Positions 49,215 to 58,847 of a DNA stretch of 64,000 bases are shown one piece after another. A program made the position numbers and the translations under genes. Positions within the stretch are counted from its first letter, which is position 1. Every line of letters starts with the position of its first letter. The stretch lies in NCBI GenBank assembly GCA_002011745.1, contig MTOU01000007.1, forward strand, positions 30,036-94,035, given 5' to 3'. The DNA is from Nitrospirae bacterium JdFR-85. GTDB taxonomy: Bacteria > Nitrospirota > Thermodesulfovibrionia > Thermodesulfovibrionales > JdFR-85. The notes beneath the pieces are model-generated. The model searched no databases. It was not told the DNA's origin and saw nothing but the letters and a program-made list of their open reading frames with translations.

Positions 49215-50171
49215 TCAGGCTGGTTGAAGCCCATATACCCTGATAATCTCGAGATCATCCTCTACTGAGCAACCCTTCTGTGTGAGATAGTTGCCTATGA
49301 GAAGTCCGTCTGCACCTGCAAGAAAGGCCATGGAGTTGAAATGACCGAGGGTCTGAAGCCTGCCTCCACATATCCTAATCTCACGCTCTGGCATCACAAT
49401 CCTAAAAAGGCTTACAATCCTGAGCGCCTCAAAGGGATGCAGTGGCTCCATATCTTCAAGGGGTGTACCCTTTATCGGTATCAGAAAATTCAGAGGTACA
49501 GAATCTACTCCCAGCTGTCGGAGTGTAAAGGCCATCTCAACCCTGTCTGACCAATCTTCTCCAAGGCCAAAAATACCACCAGAGCAGGTTGAAAGCCCTA
49601 CCCTTTTGGCCGCCTTTATTGTCCTAACCTTCTCCTCATAGGTATGAGTGGTACAGATATTACTGAAAAACCTTTTTGAAGTTTCAATATTATGATGATA
49701 TCTGTACAGACCCGCCTCTTTCAGCAGAATAAGTTCCTCTTCATCGAGCAGACCCAGCGTAGCACATGGGAGAAGCCCCATTACCCTTATCTCACTTATA
49801 GCCTCTGCGATCCTCTTTAGTTCTTCTCTGTTCACCTTTTTTCCACTTGTTACAATACAGAACCTCTTGGCTCCACTGTCCAGTGCCTTCTTTGCGTGCT
49901 CCAAGATCTCTTCCTTAGGCAGAAGAGGATACTGTTTAAGCTCAGTCTTATGTCTTGCAGACTGGGCACAATAGGAACAGTCTTCAGGACAGGCACCTGA
50001 CTTGGCGTTTACGATACTACAGAGGTCTACCCTTTTACCCCTGAAGTGCTCTCTGAGAGTTGTGGCTAAGTTGAAGAGCACATGGATAGGAGTAGTGCTG
50101 ATAATCTCTTCAGATTCTTCTGGCGTTATTGACTCACCCTCTATTATCTTTCTCGTGATTTCTTCAAGCAC
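49215..50171 (-). CDS. bioB: biotin synthase
   Basis: 318 aa with the radical-SAM CPEDCSYCAQS motif and the typical BioB length. Confidence 0.9.
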   Translation of the reverse strand: MLEEITRKIIEGESITPEESEEIISTTPIHVLFNLATTLREHFRGKRVDLCSIVNAKSGACPEDCSYCAQSARHKTELKQYPLLPKEEILEHAKKALDSGAKRFCIVTSGKKVNREELKRIAEAISEIRVMGLLPCATLGLLDEEELILLKEAGLYRYHHNIETSKRFFSNICTTHTYEEKVRTIKAAKRVGLSTCSGGIFGLGEDWSDRVEMAFTLRQLGVDSVPLNFLIPIKGTPLEDMEPLHPFEALRIVSLFRIVMPEREIRICGGRLQTLGHFNSMAFLAGADGLLIGNYLTQKGCSVEDDLEIIRVYGLQPA

Positions 50172-50174
50172 CTT

Positions 50175-50456
50175 TCAGTAATATCTGATCTCAAAACCAC
50201 TGAATTCACCAGTGTATTCTTCCCATTTTACATCTATATTTGTAACATGAGCTGCCGGAGGCCCCTTATAACAGGATGCGATAGCCTCCTCTATCACCTT
50301 CTCATCCCCCTCAAATACGGCCTCAACCCTTCCATCAGGTAGATTCCTGACCCATCCTTTAAGCCCCAGTCTCATGGCCAGATCTCTTGTAAAGGCCCTG
50401 TAAAAAACACCCTGAACTATTCCCTCGATTAAAAGATGTGCCCTTTTAAGTGCCAT
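50175..50456 (-). CDS. acyP: acylphosphatase
   Basis: 93 aa with G.VQGV.YR and GWVRN..DG.VE motifs. Confidence 0.9.
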   Translation of the reverse strand: MALKRAHLLIEGIVQGVFYRAFTRDLAMRLGLKGWVRNLPDGRVEAVFEGDEKVIEEAIASCYKGPPAAHVTNIDVKWEEYTGEFSGFEIRYY

Positions 50457-50468
50457 AGTAAATTCTAC

Positions 50469-50918
50469 TCAGAACCACTTCCTCTTTTCAAGTATCTCTG
50501 CAAGTATTTCAGCACCTCTGATGGTTATTTTCATACAACAGTCTTCTGAGGAGTCCTTAAATCTCTCAAGGATCTCCTTACAGACCATTGTCTTTGTCTC
50601 AGCAAATAGTCTACTTGTAAACTCCTCTGTAGTTGCCTTTACCTCTGAGTCATCTTCCTCTGGATTGATCCTCCCTTTAAGCATTCCTATTGCAAGTACT
50701 CCACCAGAGAAGACACCGCAGGGACCTTCACCAGTAGCCATCCCACCACAAAAGCCTGTAGCAAGTCTCTGTATACTCTGTTCTGTTGCAGGGACAAAGA
50801 CATCAACAGTAGCCTTCAGAATAGCCTCTGAACAGCAGTACCCTTTCTGGAAGTATTCTCCTGCAAGCCTCCCCATCTTTTTTATTCTTTCCTTATTAGT
50901 GACTGTGTCTGTGTTCAT
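50469..50918 (-). CDS. C_GCAxxG_C_C family redox-active protein
   Basis: 149 aa with GYCCSEAIL and FCGGMA...GPCG motifs. Confidence 0.8.
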   Translation of the reverse strand: MNTDTVTNKERIKKMGRLAGEYFQKGYCCSEAILKATVDVFVPATEQSIQRLATGFCGGMATGEGPCGVFSGGVLAIGMLKGRINPEEDDSEVKATTEEFTSRLFAETKTMVCKEILERFKDSSEDCCMKITIRGAEILAEILEKRKWF

Positions 50919-51792
50919 CTCTAATCCTCACCTGACAAAACAGTCCATTCTGAGCACACTCAGCACATTCGAGCTGTAGTACTGTATGTACAATCCCATA
51001 CTCTTTCAGAATTTCTTCTATCTTTTTCCTCAAACTGTCCGCTTCAGAAAGTCTCTGGTCATTAATCCATATATGGGCTGAAAAGGCTGGTGTACCATGA
51101 GATATTGCCCAGAGATGTACATCATGGATCCCCTGGACCCCCGGAATCTCTGAAACCCTCTTTGTAATCTCTCTCACATCTATCCCAGAAGGAACAAACT
51201 CAAGAAATACCCACAGGGCATCCCTCACAACCCTTATACCTCCTATTAATATCAATATCCCAACCAAGGCACCTGCAATAGGATCAGCTATTCTGAGTCC
51301 TGTAAAATATATCACCACTGCGGCCACTACTACTCCCACTGAGGCAAGTAGATCCCCTATAATATGAAGCCAGGCACTCTTGATATTGAGATCCTGATGT
51401 CCTTTACCAAGAATCAGTGCCATCACCCCGTTGCCTATGAGACCTAACACAGCCACCGTAATCATCACAGGCGCATCCACCTCAACAGGATTCATAAACC
51501 TCTTAACAGCCTCATAGAATATATAGACTGCAATTATAAGGAGGGTACTCCCATTTATTACCGCAGCAAGCATCCCCAACCTCTGATACCCAAAGGTAGC
51601 CCTGAAATCAGAGGGCCGTTGTGAGATAGTAAGGGCTATAAGACTTAGTCCAAGTGCAAAGGCATCAGTAAGGACATGACCAGCATCACTCAGGAGGGCA
51701 AGACTATGACTGACCAACCCTCCTATAACCTCCATAACAAGGATAAAGAGGGATATACCAAGTGCCAGTTTTAATCTGTTTATATTACTCAA
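50896..51792 (-). CDS. cation diffusion facilitator (CzcD-like) transporter
   Basis: 298 aa, six TM segments, SLALLSDAGHVLTD and HIIGDLLAS motifs, His-rich C-terminus. Confidence 0.88.
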   Translation of the reverse strand: MSNINRLKLALGISLFILVMEVIGGLVSHSLALLSDAGHVLTDAFALGLSLIALTISQRPSDFRATFGYQRLGMLAAVINGSTLLIIAVYIFYEAVKRFMNPVEVDAPVMITVAVLGLIGNGVMALILGKGHQDLNIKSAWLHIIGDLLASVGVVVAAVVIYFTGLRIADPIAGALVGILILIGGIRVVRDALWVFLEFVPSGIDVREITKRVSEIPGVQGIHDVHLWAISHGTPAFSAHIWINDQRLSEADSLRKKIEEILKEYGIVHTVLQLECAECAQNGLFCQVRIRDEHRHSH

Positions 51793-52558
51793 GCCTCTTT
51801 GCCTCCTCCCAGAGACTGTCCATCTGTTGAAGAGTCAAAGAGGAAAGGTCTTTGCCCTTTTCTTTCGCCCTATTCTCTATATACCTGAATCTTCTGATAA
51901 ACTTTGAAACCGTCTTTCGCAGAGCATCCTCTGGATTTACACCGATAAACCTTGAGAGATTAACAAGACTAAAGAGAAGGTCTCCAAACTCTTCTTCAAC
52001 ATCCTCTCTACGGCCTTCTTTTACAGTATTTTTGAGCTCCTCTATCTCCTCTTCCACTTTCTCAAAAACATCCTCTGGCCTCTCCCAATCAAACCCTACT
52101 CTTGAAGCCCTCTCCTGGACTCTCATTGCCTTCAAAAGTGCTGGCAGGGCATCGGGAATACCTTCCATTATGGATTCCTTAAGTTTCCCCTCTCTCTTTT
52201 TATGTTCATCCCAATGCTGAAGCACCTCTTCAGAACTGTTCAGGGCTATCTCTCCAAAGACATGGGGATGTCGAGAGAGCATTTTTCCAGTGATCCTGTC
52301 TATAACATCATATATATTAAACTCCCTCTTCTCATTTGCTATCTGGGCTTGAAAGAGGATCTGGAAGAGGAGGTCTCCCAGCTCCTCTTTAATCTTCTCA
52401 GGATCATTGTTGTCTATAGCCTCAAGGAGTTCATATGCCTCCTCTACTATAAAAGACTTGAGACTCTCCCGTGTCTGCTCTTTATCCCAAGGACATCCTT
52501 TTTCAGATCTAAGGGTCTCCATTATATTCACAAGTTTCTGAAATTTTCCCTCTTTCAT
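51785..52558 (-). CDS. mazG: nucleoside triphosphate pyrophosphohydrolase MazG
   Basis: Two MazG EEx2E/D repeats (EEAYELLEA, EELGDLLFQ; EEIEEL, EEFGDLLFS). I chose the start at MKEGKF: its ATG shares 1 nt with the queE TAA. Confidence 0.88.
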   Translation of the reverse strand: MKEGKFQKLVNIMETLRSEKGCPWDKEQTRESLKSFIVEEAYELLEAIDNNDPEKIKEELGDLLFQILFQAQIANEKREFNIYDVIDRITGKMLSRHPHVFGEIALNSSEEVLQHWDEHKKREGKLKESIMEGIPDALPALLKAMRVQERASRVGFDWERPEDVFEKVEEEIEELKNTVKEGRREDVEEEFGDLLFSLVNLSRFIGVNPEDALRKTVSKFIRRFRYIENRAKEKGKDLSSLTLQQMDSLWEEAKRLE

Positions 52559-53193
52559 TATACTCCTCTTCTGTCTCCAAAAATACACTTGTGTAGTTGA
52601 AGATTTAATCTAACATAGAGGCGATCATCTATGATCCACTCAGCAAGTTCTTCTGGCTTTAGAAAGCCTTGAGCAGGAGAAAACAGAGTCTTCTCCTGCT
52701 CAAGGCTATATTCTAATACCAATTCCTTAGCCCAGAGATAGTCCTCCCGAGAGGTAATCACAAATTTGACCTCATCCTTTTGGTTAAGCCTGCGTAGATT
52801 CCCCATTTCCATCTTCTCTAACATTCCGCTTCCTGGAGTCTTTATATCAACCACTCTTACAGCCCTGCTGTCAATCTGCTCAATATTAAATGAACCATTT
52901 GTCTCAACAAGCACCTTATAGCCTCTGTCACAGAGTTCTTTAACAAGGACAGGTGTCTCCTCCTGCAACAGGGGCTCACCTCCTGTGACTTCCACAAGTT
53001 TCAATCCTGCAGCCTCTACTTCTCTTATTATCTCCTCCTTTGTTCTGAACACCCCCTCTTCATATGCATATGTAGTATCACAGTAAACACACCTCAGATT
53101 ACATCCAGAAAGGCGGATAAAAAAACACGGCAATCCCATATAGGTAGACTCTCCCTGAATACTGACGAAGGTCTCGCAGACCTTCAGACTCAT
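52558..53193 (-). CDS. queE: 7-carboxy-7-deazaguanine synthase (radical SAM)
   Basis: 211 aa with E.F.SIQGE, CNLRCVYCDT and TGGEPL. Confidence 0.88.
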   Translation of the reverse strand: MSLKVCETFVSIQGESTYMGLPCFFIRLSGCNLRCVYCDTTYAYEEGVFRTKEEIIREVEAAGLKLVEVTGGEPLLQEETPVLVKELCDRGYKVLVETNGSFNIEQIDSRAVRVVDIKTPGSGMLEKMEMGNLRRLNQKDEVKFVITSREDYLWAKELVLEYSLEQEKTLFSPAQGFLKPEELAEWIIDDRLYVRLNLQLHKCIFGDRRGV

Positions 53194-53672
53194 CTCCTGA
53201 ATACCTCTCTAAGGGCCTCCTCAACAACCTCAGGAACAAGTCCTTTTACTGAACCTCCGAATGCTACAACCTCCTTTATCATTGTAGAGCTCAAAAAGGA
53301 ATACTCTTCTGAGGGCATCATAAAGACTGTCTCTATCTCTGAATCAAGCCTCCTGTTCATCAGAGCCATCTGCATCTCATACTCAAAGTCAGACACTGCC
53401 CGTAAACCTCTTACAATTGCCACACCTCCAACCTTCTTTGCATACTCCACCAGAAGACCATCAAATGCTTCAACTCTCACCCTCTCAATCCCTTTAAGTG
53501 ATTCCCTTGCAAGATAAAGTCTCTTCTCAATATCAAACAGTGGCCTCTTTTTCGGATTTGTAGCCACTGCAACAATAACCTCATCAAATATCCTGAGGCT
53601 TCTTATCACTATATCTATATGGCCGTTTGTTATTGGATCAAATGTACCAGGACATATTGCTATATTTTTCAT
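53190..53672 (-). CDS. coaD: phosphopantetheine adenylyltransferase
   Basis: 160 aa with the PGTFDPITNGH motif. Confidence 0.95.
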   Translation of the reverse strand: MKNIAICPGTFDPITNGHIDIVIRSLRIFDEVIVAVATNPKKRPLFDIEKRLYLARESLKGIERVRVEAFDGLLVEYAKKVGGVAIVRGLRAVSDFEYEMQMALMNRRLDSEIETVFMMPSEEYSFLSSTMIKEVVAFGGSVKGLVPEVVEEALREVFRR

Positions 53673-54571
53673 CTCTCCTCTACCTCCCCAGTCTTCCTTT
53701 TGCTTAATGGATGACTCCTGTCATAAACTTCTATTAAATGAGTCAGATCAAGATGGGTATAAACCTGCGTGGATGATAGACTACTATGCCCCAACAACTC
53801 CTGTATATCTCTTAGGTCTGCCCCTGATTGGAGTAGATGTGTAGCAAAGGTATGTCTCAGAGTATGGGGACTCACCTTTCCACTAATACCTACCTCTTTA
53901 GCATACTTAACCACAATATTTCTTATCCCTCTGTCAGTCAGAGGTGTACCAAAGCGGTTTAGAAAGAGATAGTCAGTAGATTTTTTCATAAGAGCCCTTT
54001 CGATTATATATGTCTTCAGTGCATCAAGGGCCTTATCCCCTACAGGAACAATCCTCTCTTTTTTTCTCTTTCCTTTCACTTTAACAAGCCCTTCTTTAAG
54101 ATTTATATCCTCGGTCTTCAGTTGTGCCACCTCCCCAACCCTCAATCCACAGCCATAGAGCAACTCCAGTATCGCACGGTCTCTTGCATATCTGAACCCA
54201 AATCCATCTGGTTTCTCTACTAATCCAAACACTTCGTCTATATCCAGAAACCTTGGAAGATTTACACCCTTCTTTGGGCCTGGAATAAGCCTTGCAGGAT
54301 TTCTGACTATTACTCCTTCTCTATGGAGATATCTAAAAAATGTCCTCAATGTAGCAAGTTGTCTGCTTACTGAAGAGGCCTTTCTGCCCTTGTTGAGCCT
54401 ATAAGCAATAAAACCCCTTATATCAGAAAGAGAAACCTCTCTCACATCCTTATCAATGAAGGCAAAAAAATCCTTCAGATCTTTTCTGTAAACCCTCAGT
54501 GTGTGTGCTGATGCAGCCCGTTCAACTTGTAAAAACCTAATGAATCTCTCTATCCATTCCTGATTATTCAT
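53669..54571 (-). CDS. tyrosine recombinase XerC/XerD
   Basis: 300 aa with an N-terminal SAM-like domain. The catalytic region has HTLRHTFATHLL and LGHSSLSSTQVYTH. It is translationally coupled into the housekeeping coaD-queE-mazG string. Confidence 0.88.
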   Translation of the reverse strand: MNNQEWIERFIRFLQVERAASAHTLRVYRKDLKDFFAFIDKDVREVSLSDIRGFIAYRLNKGRKASSVSRQLATLRTFFRYLHREGVIVRNPARLIPGPKKGVNLPRFLDIDEVFGLVEKPDGFGFRYARDRAILELLYGCGLRVGEVAQLKTEDINLKEGLVKVKGKRKKERIVPVGDKALDALKTYIIERALMKKSTDYLFLNRFGTPLTDRGIRNIVVKYAKEVGISGKVSPHTLRHTFATHLLQSGADLRDIQELLGHSSLSSTQVYTHLDLTHLIEVYDRSHPLSKRKTGEVEER

Positions 54572-54763
54572 TATTCTTATAGATTACCAAGGCAATAGAT
54601 ATAATTACAAGAAAACTAAATCCTTCAAGCTTTGATTCTGAAGACCTTGATAATATCCTTTATATAACTGTCTTCAAAGGTAAAATACTCCAGAGTACTG
54701 ATATTGAAGAGTCTCAGAGATTAATGGTATGATAAAAACGAATCTAAACCTTAAAGGAGGTCA

Positions 54764-54982
54764 GTGAGTATGGAGTGTATTAAAGATGACAATCTTGCAA
54801 TATGTAACTGCTCCTATGAACCCTGTGCTAAGAAGGGCAAATGCTGTGAATGTTTACATTATCACAGACGAAACGGGGAACTTCCAGCCTGTTTCTTTCA
54901 TGAATCTTATGAAAAAAGTTATGACAGGTCTGTACATAACTTTATAAAAATGGTTAATACTATGGGTATGAGAACTGTATAG
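54764..54982 (+). CDS. small cysteine-rich protein (DUF6485-like, tentative)
   Basis: 72 aa, GTG start after AAGGAGG. Contains the [21 protein letters not shown]....G.LPAC motif. Confidence 0.6.
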   Translation: MSMECIKDDNLAICNCSYEPCAKKGKCCECLHYHRRNGELPACFFHESYEKSYDRSVHNFIKMVNTMGMRTV

Positions 54983-54992
54983 ACCTCCTTTT

Positions 54993-55078
54993 GCCGGAGT
55001 GGTGGAACGGCAGACACGGCGGACTCAAAATCCGCTGGGGGTAACCCCGTGGGGGTTCAAATCCCCCCTCCGGCACCA
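54993..55078 (+). tRNA. tRNA-Leu (anticodon CAA), CCA encoded
   Basis: Hand-folded cloverleaf. Acceptor stem GCCGGAG/CTCCGGC and anticodon stem-loop GCGGA-CUCAAAA-UCCGC. The long variable arm is GGGG-UAA-CCCC and the T-arm is GGGGG-UUCAAAU-CCCCC, followed by A-CCA. Confidence 0.93.
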
Positions 55079-55214
55079 GCTTATTAATATATTGAGAGCT
55101 AATTATCCTATCGTCTCTTTTCAAAAACACTTTCTGTTATTTAACTCCTCATATCAAGCAAAACCTCTTGATCTTAAAGGATAAGTCAAGCAGCAGAGAG
55201 GTCTGTTAAAAAAG

Positions 55215-55282
55215 TTGACAAAATTAATATTTCATGATATAATGTTTCATGAAATATTAATTTATAAAAAATATTTCATGAA
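55215..55282 (+). promoter_or_regulatory. consensus sigma70 promoter with embedded palindromic operators upstream of the GntR gene
   Basis: TTGACA (55215-55220), a 17-nt spacer, then TATAAT (55238-55243). A perfect 17-nt inverted repeat AAATTAATATTTCATGA (55221-55237) / TCATGAAATATTAATTT (55247-55263) brackets the -10 box. A third AATATTTCATGAA copy lies at 55270-55282. Confidence 0.75.
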
Positions 55283-55294
55283 TAAGGAGTGGTT

Positions 55295-55960
55295 ATGAAA
55301 AAATTCCAATTAAGAAGGGAAAAATTAAGCAACCAGGTGTATGCAATTCTCAAGGAGATGATAGCAAACTATCGTTTTCAGCCAGGGGCACGGATCAATG
55401 TGGAAGAAATAGCCAAGGAACTGAGTGTAAGTAGAACCCCTGTATGGGAAGCCATTAGCAGGCTTGAACAGGAAGGTCTGGTTGAGCATGTCCCCAATGT
55501 AGGTACCTTCATGAAGGTATTAACGCCAGAGGAGGCACTGAATCTCTATGAAGTTAGAGAGGTCCTTGAGGGAATGGCAGCCCGTCTGGCTGCTACCCGC
55601 ATAAAGGATAGTGCTATTGAGAAGATGGCAAAGTGTCTGGAAAAACAGAAAGAGGTTATAAGGAAGCAGGACCTAATTGGATATTCCCGTTTAGACTTTG
55701 AATTCCATGCAGTCGTGTATGAAGCCTGTGGAAACCCCTATCTACAGGAACTTTTAGAGACACTAAAAAACAAGATGCGGCCTATTACTATGCATATAAA
55801 GCATGTATTGCCCAGACTCTACAAAGACCATAAACAACTCTTAGAAGCAATCCGTGCAAGAGACCCTGAAAGGGCTGAGAAGGCATTCCGTATGCATAAT
55901 CAGCTAATAATGAGACTTCTACAAGAAGAAATACTAAAAAAAGAGGCAAAAGTAGAGTAA
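55295..55960 (+). CDS. GntR-family (FadR/FCD subfamily) transcriptional regulator
   Basis: N-terminal wHTH (I..EL.VSRTPV.EA...L..EGLV) and a C-terminal FCD-like helical domain. The ATG at 55295 follows AAGGAG. The track uses the GTG at 55289. Confidence 0.88.
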   Translation: MKKFQLRREKLSNQVYAILKEMIANYRFQPGARINVEEIAKELSVSRTPVWEAISRLEQEGLVEHVPNVGTFMKVLTPEEALNLYEVREVLEGMAARLAATRIKDSAIEKMAKCLEKQKEVIRKQDLIGYSRLDFEFHAVVYEACGNPYLQELLETLKNKMRPITMHIKHVLPRLYKDHKQLLEAIRARDPERAEKAFRMHNQLIMRLLQEEILKKEAKVE

Positions 55961-55967
55961 GTGACAG

Positions 55968-55990
55968 AGAGACCCTTAGGGTCTTTTCTA
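55968..55990 (+). terminator. weak terminator or attenuating hairpin after the GntR gene
   Basis: AGAGACCC-TTA-GGGTCTTT followed by TCTATT, 8 nt after the stop. Confidence 0.4.
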
Positions 55991-56020
55991 TTAAATCTTT
56001 AATACAAGAGGAGGTAGGCA

Positions 56021-56653
56021 ATGAAATTGCCAAGAGACAAAACAGCAATTGTATTAATTGAACCTCAGAATGACTTTCTAAGTCCTGGTGGGACGATGTA
56101 TAAGTACATTGCGGAGCAGCTAAAGAAGAGGAATGTAATTGCAAACCTTAAGAAACTTCTTGATGGAGCGCGTGGAAAGGTAAAGATATTTTACGTGCCT
56201 TTTCAGGCGTTCAAACCCGGATTTCCAGAACTAAAACCAGGAGGTCCAGGTACAGAAGGGCTCCGTGGAATAGAGATGAAGATGGAGGCTGACTGGGGCA
56301 CAGGTGCCTGGATAGAAGGCACTCCAGGGCCAGAGATTATTGATGAATTAAAACCCCATGATTCTGACATTATAGTCCGTGGAAAGATGACTCTTGATGC
56401 CTTCCATTCTACTGCTCTCAACTATCTGCTCAGGGTAAATGAGATAGAATACGTTGCCTTTACAGGATTTCACACAAATTGGTGTGTGGAGTCATCAGCC
56501 CGTTCTGCCTATGATCTGGGATTCCGTGTAATTGTAATAAAGGACTGTACAGCTACTGATACTGACAGGGAACAGGAGTATGCTGAGGAGGTGATCTTTC
56601 CTCGTATAGGCAGGGTGATGACATCTGATGAGTTTCTGGAAGCAATAAGTTAA
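56021..56653 (+). CDS. isochorismatase-family cysteine hydrolase
   Basis: 210 aa, GAGGAGG RBS. Contains A.VLIEPQNDF, a K in ...GKMTLDAF and the nucleophile context TGFHTNWCVESSARSA. Confidence 0.85.
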   Translation: MKLPRDKTAIVLIEPQNDFLSPGGTMYKYIAEQLKKRNVIANLKKLLDGARGKVKIFYVPFQAFKPGFPELKPGGPGTEGLRGIEMKMEADWGTGAWIEGTPGPEIIDELKPHDSDIIVRGKMTLDAFHSTALNYLLRVNEIEYVAFTGFHTNWCVESSARSAYDLGFRVIVIKDCTATDTDREQEYAEEVIFPRIGRVMTSDEFLEAIS

Positions 56654-56691
56654 CAATTCTAATACCAAAAATTAACAGTAAGGAGGAACTA

Positions 56692-57954
56692 ATGAGAAGT
56701 AAAGGAACTCAAATAAGAGGTCTGTTTTCTCTGATATTAACTCTGCTGATCTGTATCTCCTTACCTGCGGTTGCCCTTTCAGAGGCACCACCCAAGGAGA
56801 TAAAGGTTGGTTTGATTTTTGGATTAACTGGTGCAGCCTCTCCTGTAGGGCCTGTCCAGCTTGATGGTGCAAAACTGGCTATTGATGAGATTAATGCTGC
56901 AGGTGGTCTTGACTGGGGAGGTAAAAAGATACCTGTTACATATGTAGTAAAGGATGACGAAACAAAGCCAGATGTGGCAATTCGCAGATTCAGAGAACTG
57001 ATCAATGAAGAGAAGGTACATGTGATAGTGGGACAAACCTTCGCCTCTATTACAGCCGCACTTAACAAACAGGTTAAAAGATATCCCATTGCCTATTTCC
57101 CTGTTAATGTAGTAGCCCTGAAGATGTTCTCCAAAGAAGAGATGGCTCCAACTACATTTGCGGTTCATGGTTGTGCATACTCTGCTGGATATGCAAGTGC
57201 AGCCTATATCATCAATAAGCTAAAATTAAAAAAGATAGTCTTCTTTGGTCCTGCCTATGCATTTGGACAGGATCAGTGGCGTGGAGCTAAGGATGCATTC
57301 AAAAAGTATGGGATAAAGGCAGAGTATTTAGAATCTCCTGTTGGTACCACTGACTACACCTCATATCTGACAAAGATTATGGCGATGAAACCAGACATTG
57401 TTATGCTTGCCCACTGGGGCACTGACGCAATCAATGTTCTTAAACAGGCATATGAGACAGGACTTAAAAAGAAGACAAAGATCTGGTTCAATTGGATGAC
57501 CAATGTTTTCGGAAGTGGTGTCCCACCTGAAGCACTGGAGAATGTCTACTCCCTCATGAGCTGGTACTACGATCTCAGTGGCTTCCCTGACAAAGAGATA
57601 GTTGAACAAGGTCGTGCATTTGCTGAAAAATTTAGCAGAGTTTATGGATATCCACCTGATCCATATTCTGCCATGGCATATATTGGTACCAAGGAGGCTC
57701 TGAGGGGTATCTCATTAGCCCAAAGCACAGATCCTTTTAAGATAGCCAAGGCCATAATGTCAAACCCAACATTTGATTCCATGAAGGGCAAAGGAGTATG
57801 GCGTAAAGACCACCAGCCCATCTTTAAGTACAACGCCTTCGTGGTGGTGGGGAAGAAGGCCAGCGAACGTAAGGGCAAATGGGACCTTGTAAGGGTTATT
57901 GATGCTTACACAGGAGAAGATTACCTGCCTCCTCTGGAGTCCCTTGGTTACTGA
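56692..57954 (+). CDS. ABC transporter substrate-binding protein (Liv/Peripla_BP_6 type), signal peptide
   Basis: 420 aa, AAGGAGG RBS, with a signal peptide followed by IKVGLIFGLTGAAS. Confidence 0.85.
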   Translation: MRSKGTQIRGLFSLILTLLICISLPAVALSEAPPKEIKVGLIFGLTGAASPVGPVQLDGAKLAIDEINAAGGLDWGGKKIPVTYVVKDDETKPDVAIRRFRELINEEKVHVIVGQTFASITAALNKQVKRYPIAYFPVNVVALKMFSKEEMAPTTFAVHGCAYSAGYASAAYIINKLKLKKIVFFGPAYAFGQDQWRGAKDAFKKYGIKAEYLESPVGTTDYTSYLTKIMAMKPDIVMLAHWGTDAINVLKQAYETGLKKKTKIWFNWMTNVFGSGVPPEALENVYSLMSWYYDLSGFPDKEIVEQGRAFAEKFSRVYGYPPDPYSAMAYIGTKEALRGISLAQSTDPFKIAKAIMSNPTFDSMKGKGVWRKDHQPIFKYNAFVVVGKKASERKGKWDLVRVIDAYTGEDYLPPLESLGY

Positions 57955-57974
57955 TTTCCTTGTCAGAGCCTTTT

Positions 57975-58005
57975 GCCTTAGTAGAGGCCTGGCCTCTACT
58001 AAGGC
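57975..58005 (+). promoter_or_regulatory. perfect intercistronic hairpin between the binding-protein and ATPase genes
   Basis: GCCTTAGTAGAGGCC-T-GGCCTCTACTAAGGC, 15-nt perfect arms, followed by CTTTC. Confidence 0.6.
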
Positions 58006-58037
58006 CTTTCATAAAACAACGAAAGGGTTGTTTCTGG

Positions 58038-58847
58038 ATGCGTGAGAAGGTGATCTTAGAGACCCAGAATCTGAGCAAACAATTTGGTGGCTTTGTAGCT
58101 GTAGAGAAGGTTAACTACAAACTCTTTGAAGGCGAGACCGCAGGAATCATCGGTCCCAATGGTGCAGGCAAGTCAACCTTTTTTAATCTTCTAACAGGTC
58201 TCTTTCCTCCAACTGAAGGGAAAATCCTCTTCTTCAACCAAGATATTACCAGCACACAGGCTGAACATCGGGTTGAACTTGGACTTGTGAGAACCTTTCA
58301 GCTTGTATCAGTCTTTGATTCTCTGTCTGTTATAGATAATCTGATCTTAGCTGTTACACGTTTTAGTCCCATTTTCACCAATAAGTTCCGATTCTTCTTT
58401 CGTGATGCCCATATTAAGAACATTACCGAAAGGGCAAAAGAAGCATTAAACAGGGTTGGTTTAGCAGACAAGAGTCATATCCTCACATCTGAACTCTCTT
58501 ATGGAGACAAACGAAAATTAGAGATTGCAATGGCACTTGCACTTAATCCCAAGGTTCTCTTGCTTGATGAGCCCTTTGCAGGACTCAGTGATGTAGAGAT
58601 TAAGGAACTCTTGAATCTTTTACATAAAGTAAAAAAAAGTCTTACACTGATAATCATTGAACATAAAATATCCCGTATTGTTGATCTTGTTACACGTCTT
58701 AGTGTAATGCATGAAGGCCGTATAATTGCTGAAGGAAACCCCAAAGATGTGTTATGCAATGAAACTGTCCGCAGGGTTTATTGGGGTGGTGAGTCTTGCT
58801 CTGTAGATGGAATAACAGACTCTTCAGATAGGAGAAGAAGACCATAA
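58038..58847 (+). CDS. ABC transporter ATP-binding protein (LivG-like)
   Basis: Walker A GPNGAGKST, signature LSYGDKRKL and Walker B LLLDEP. I chose the ATG at 58038 (MREKVILETQNLSK), downstream of the hairpin, rather than 57960. Confidence 0.88.
   Translation: MREKVILETQNLSKQFGGFVAVEKVNYKLFEGETAGIIGPNGAGKSTFFNLLTGLFPPTEGKILFFNQDITSTQAEHRVELGLVRTFQLVSVFDSLSVIDNLILAVTRFSPIFTNKFRFFFRDAHIKNITERAKEALNRVGLADKSHILTSELSYGDKRKLEIAMALALNPKVLLLDEPFAGLSDVEIKELLNLLHKVKKSLTLIIIEHKISRIVDLVTRLSVMHEGRIIAEGNPKDVLCNETVRRVYWGGESCSVDGITDSSDRRRRP

Noticed and set aside
54999-55184. 61-aa ORF on the plus strand
   Set aside because: It lies on top of the tRNA-Leu gene (54993-55078) and is an artefact of the open frame across the tRNA.
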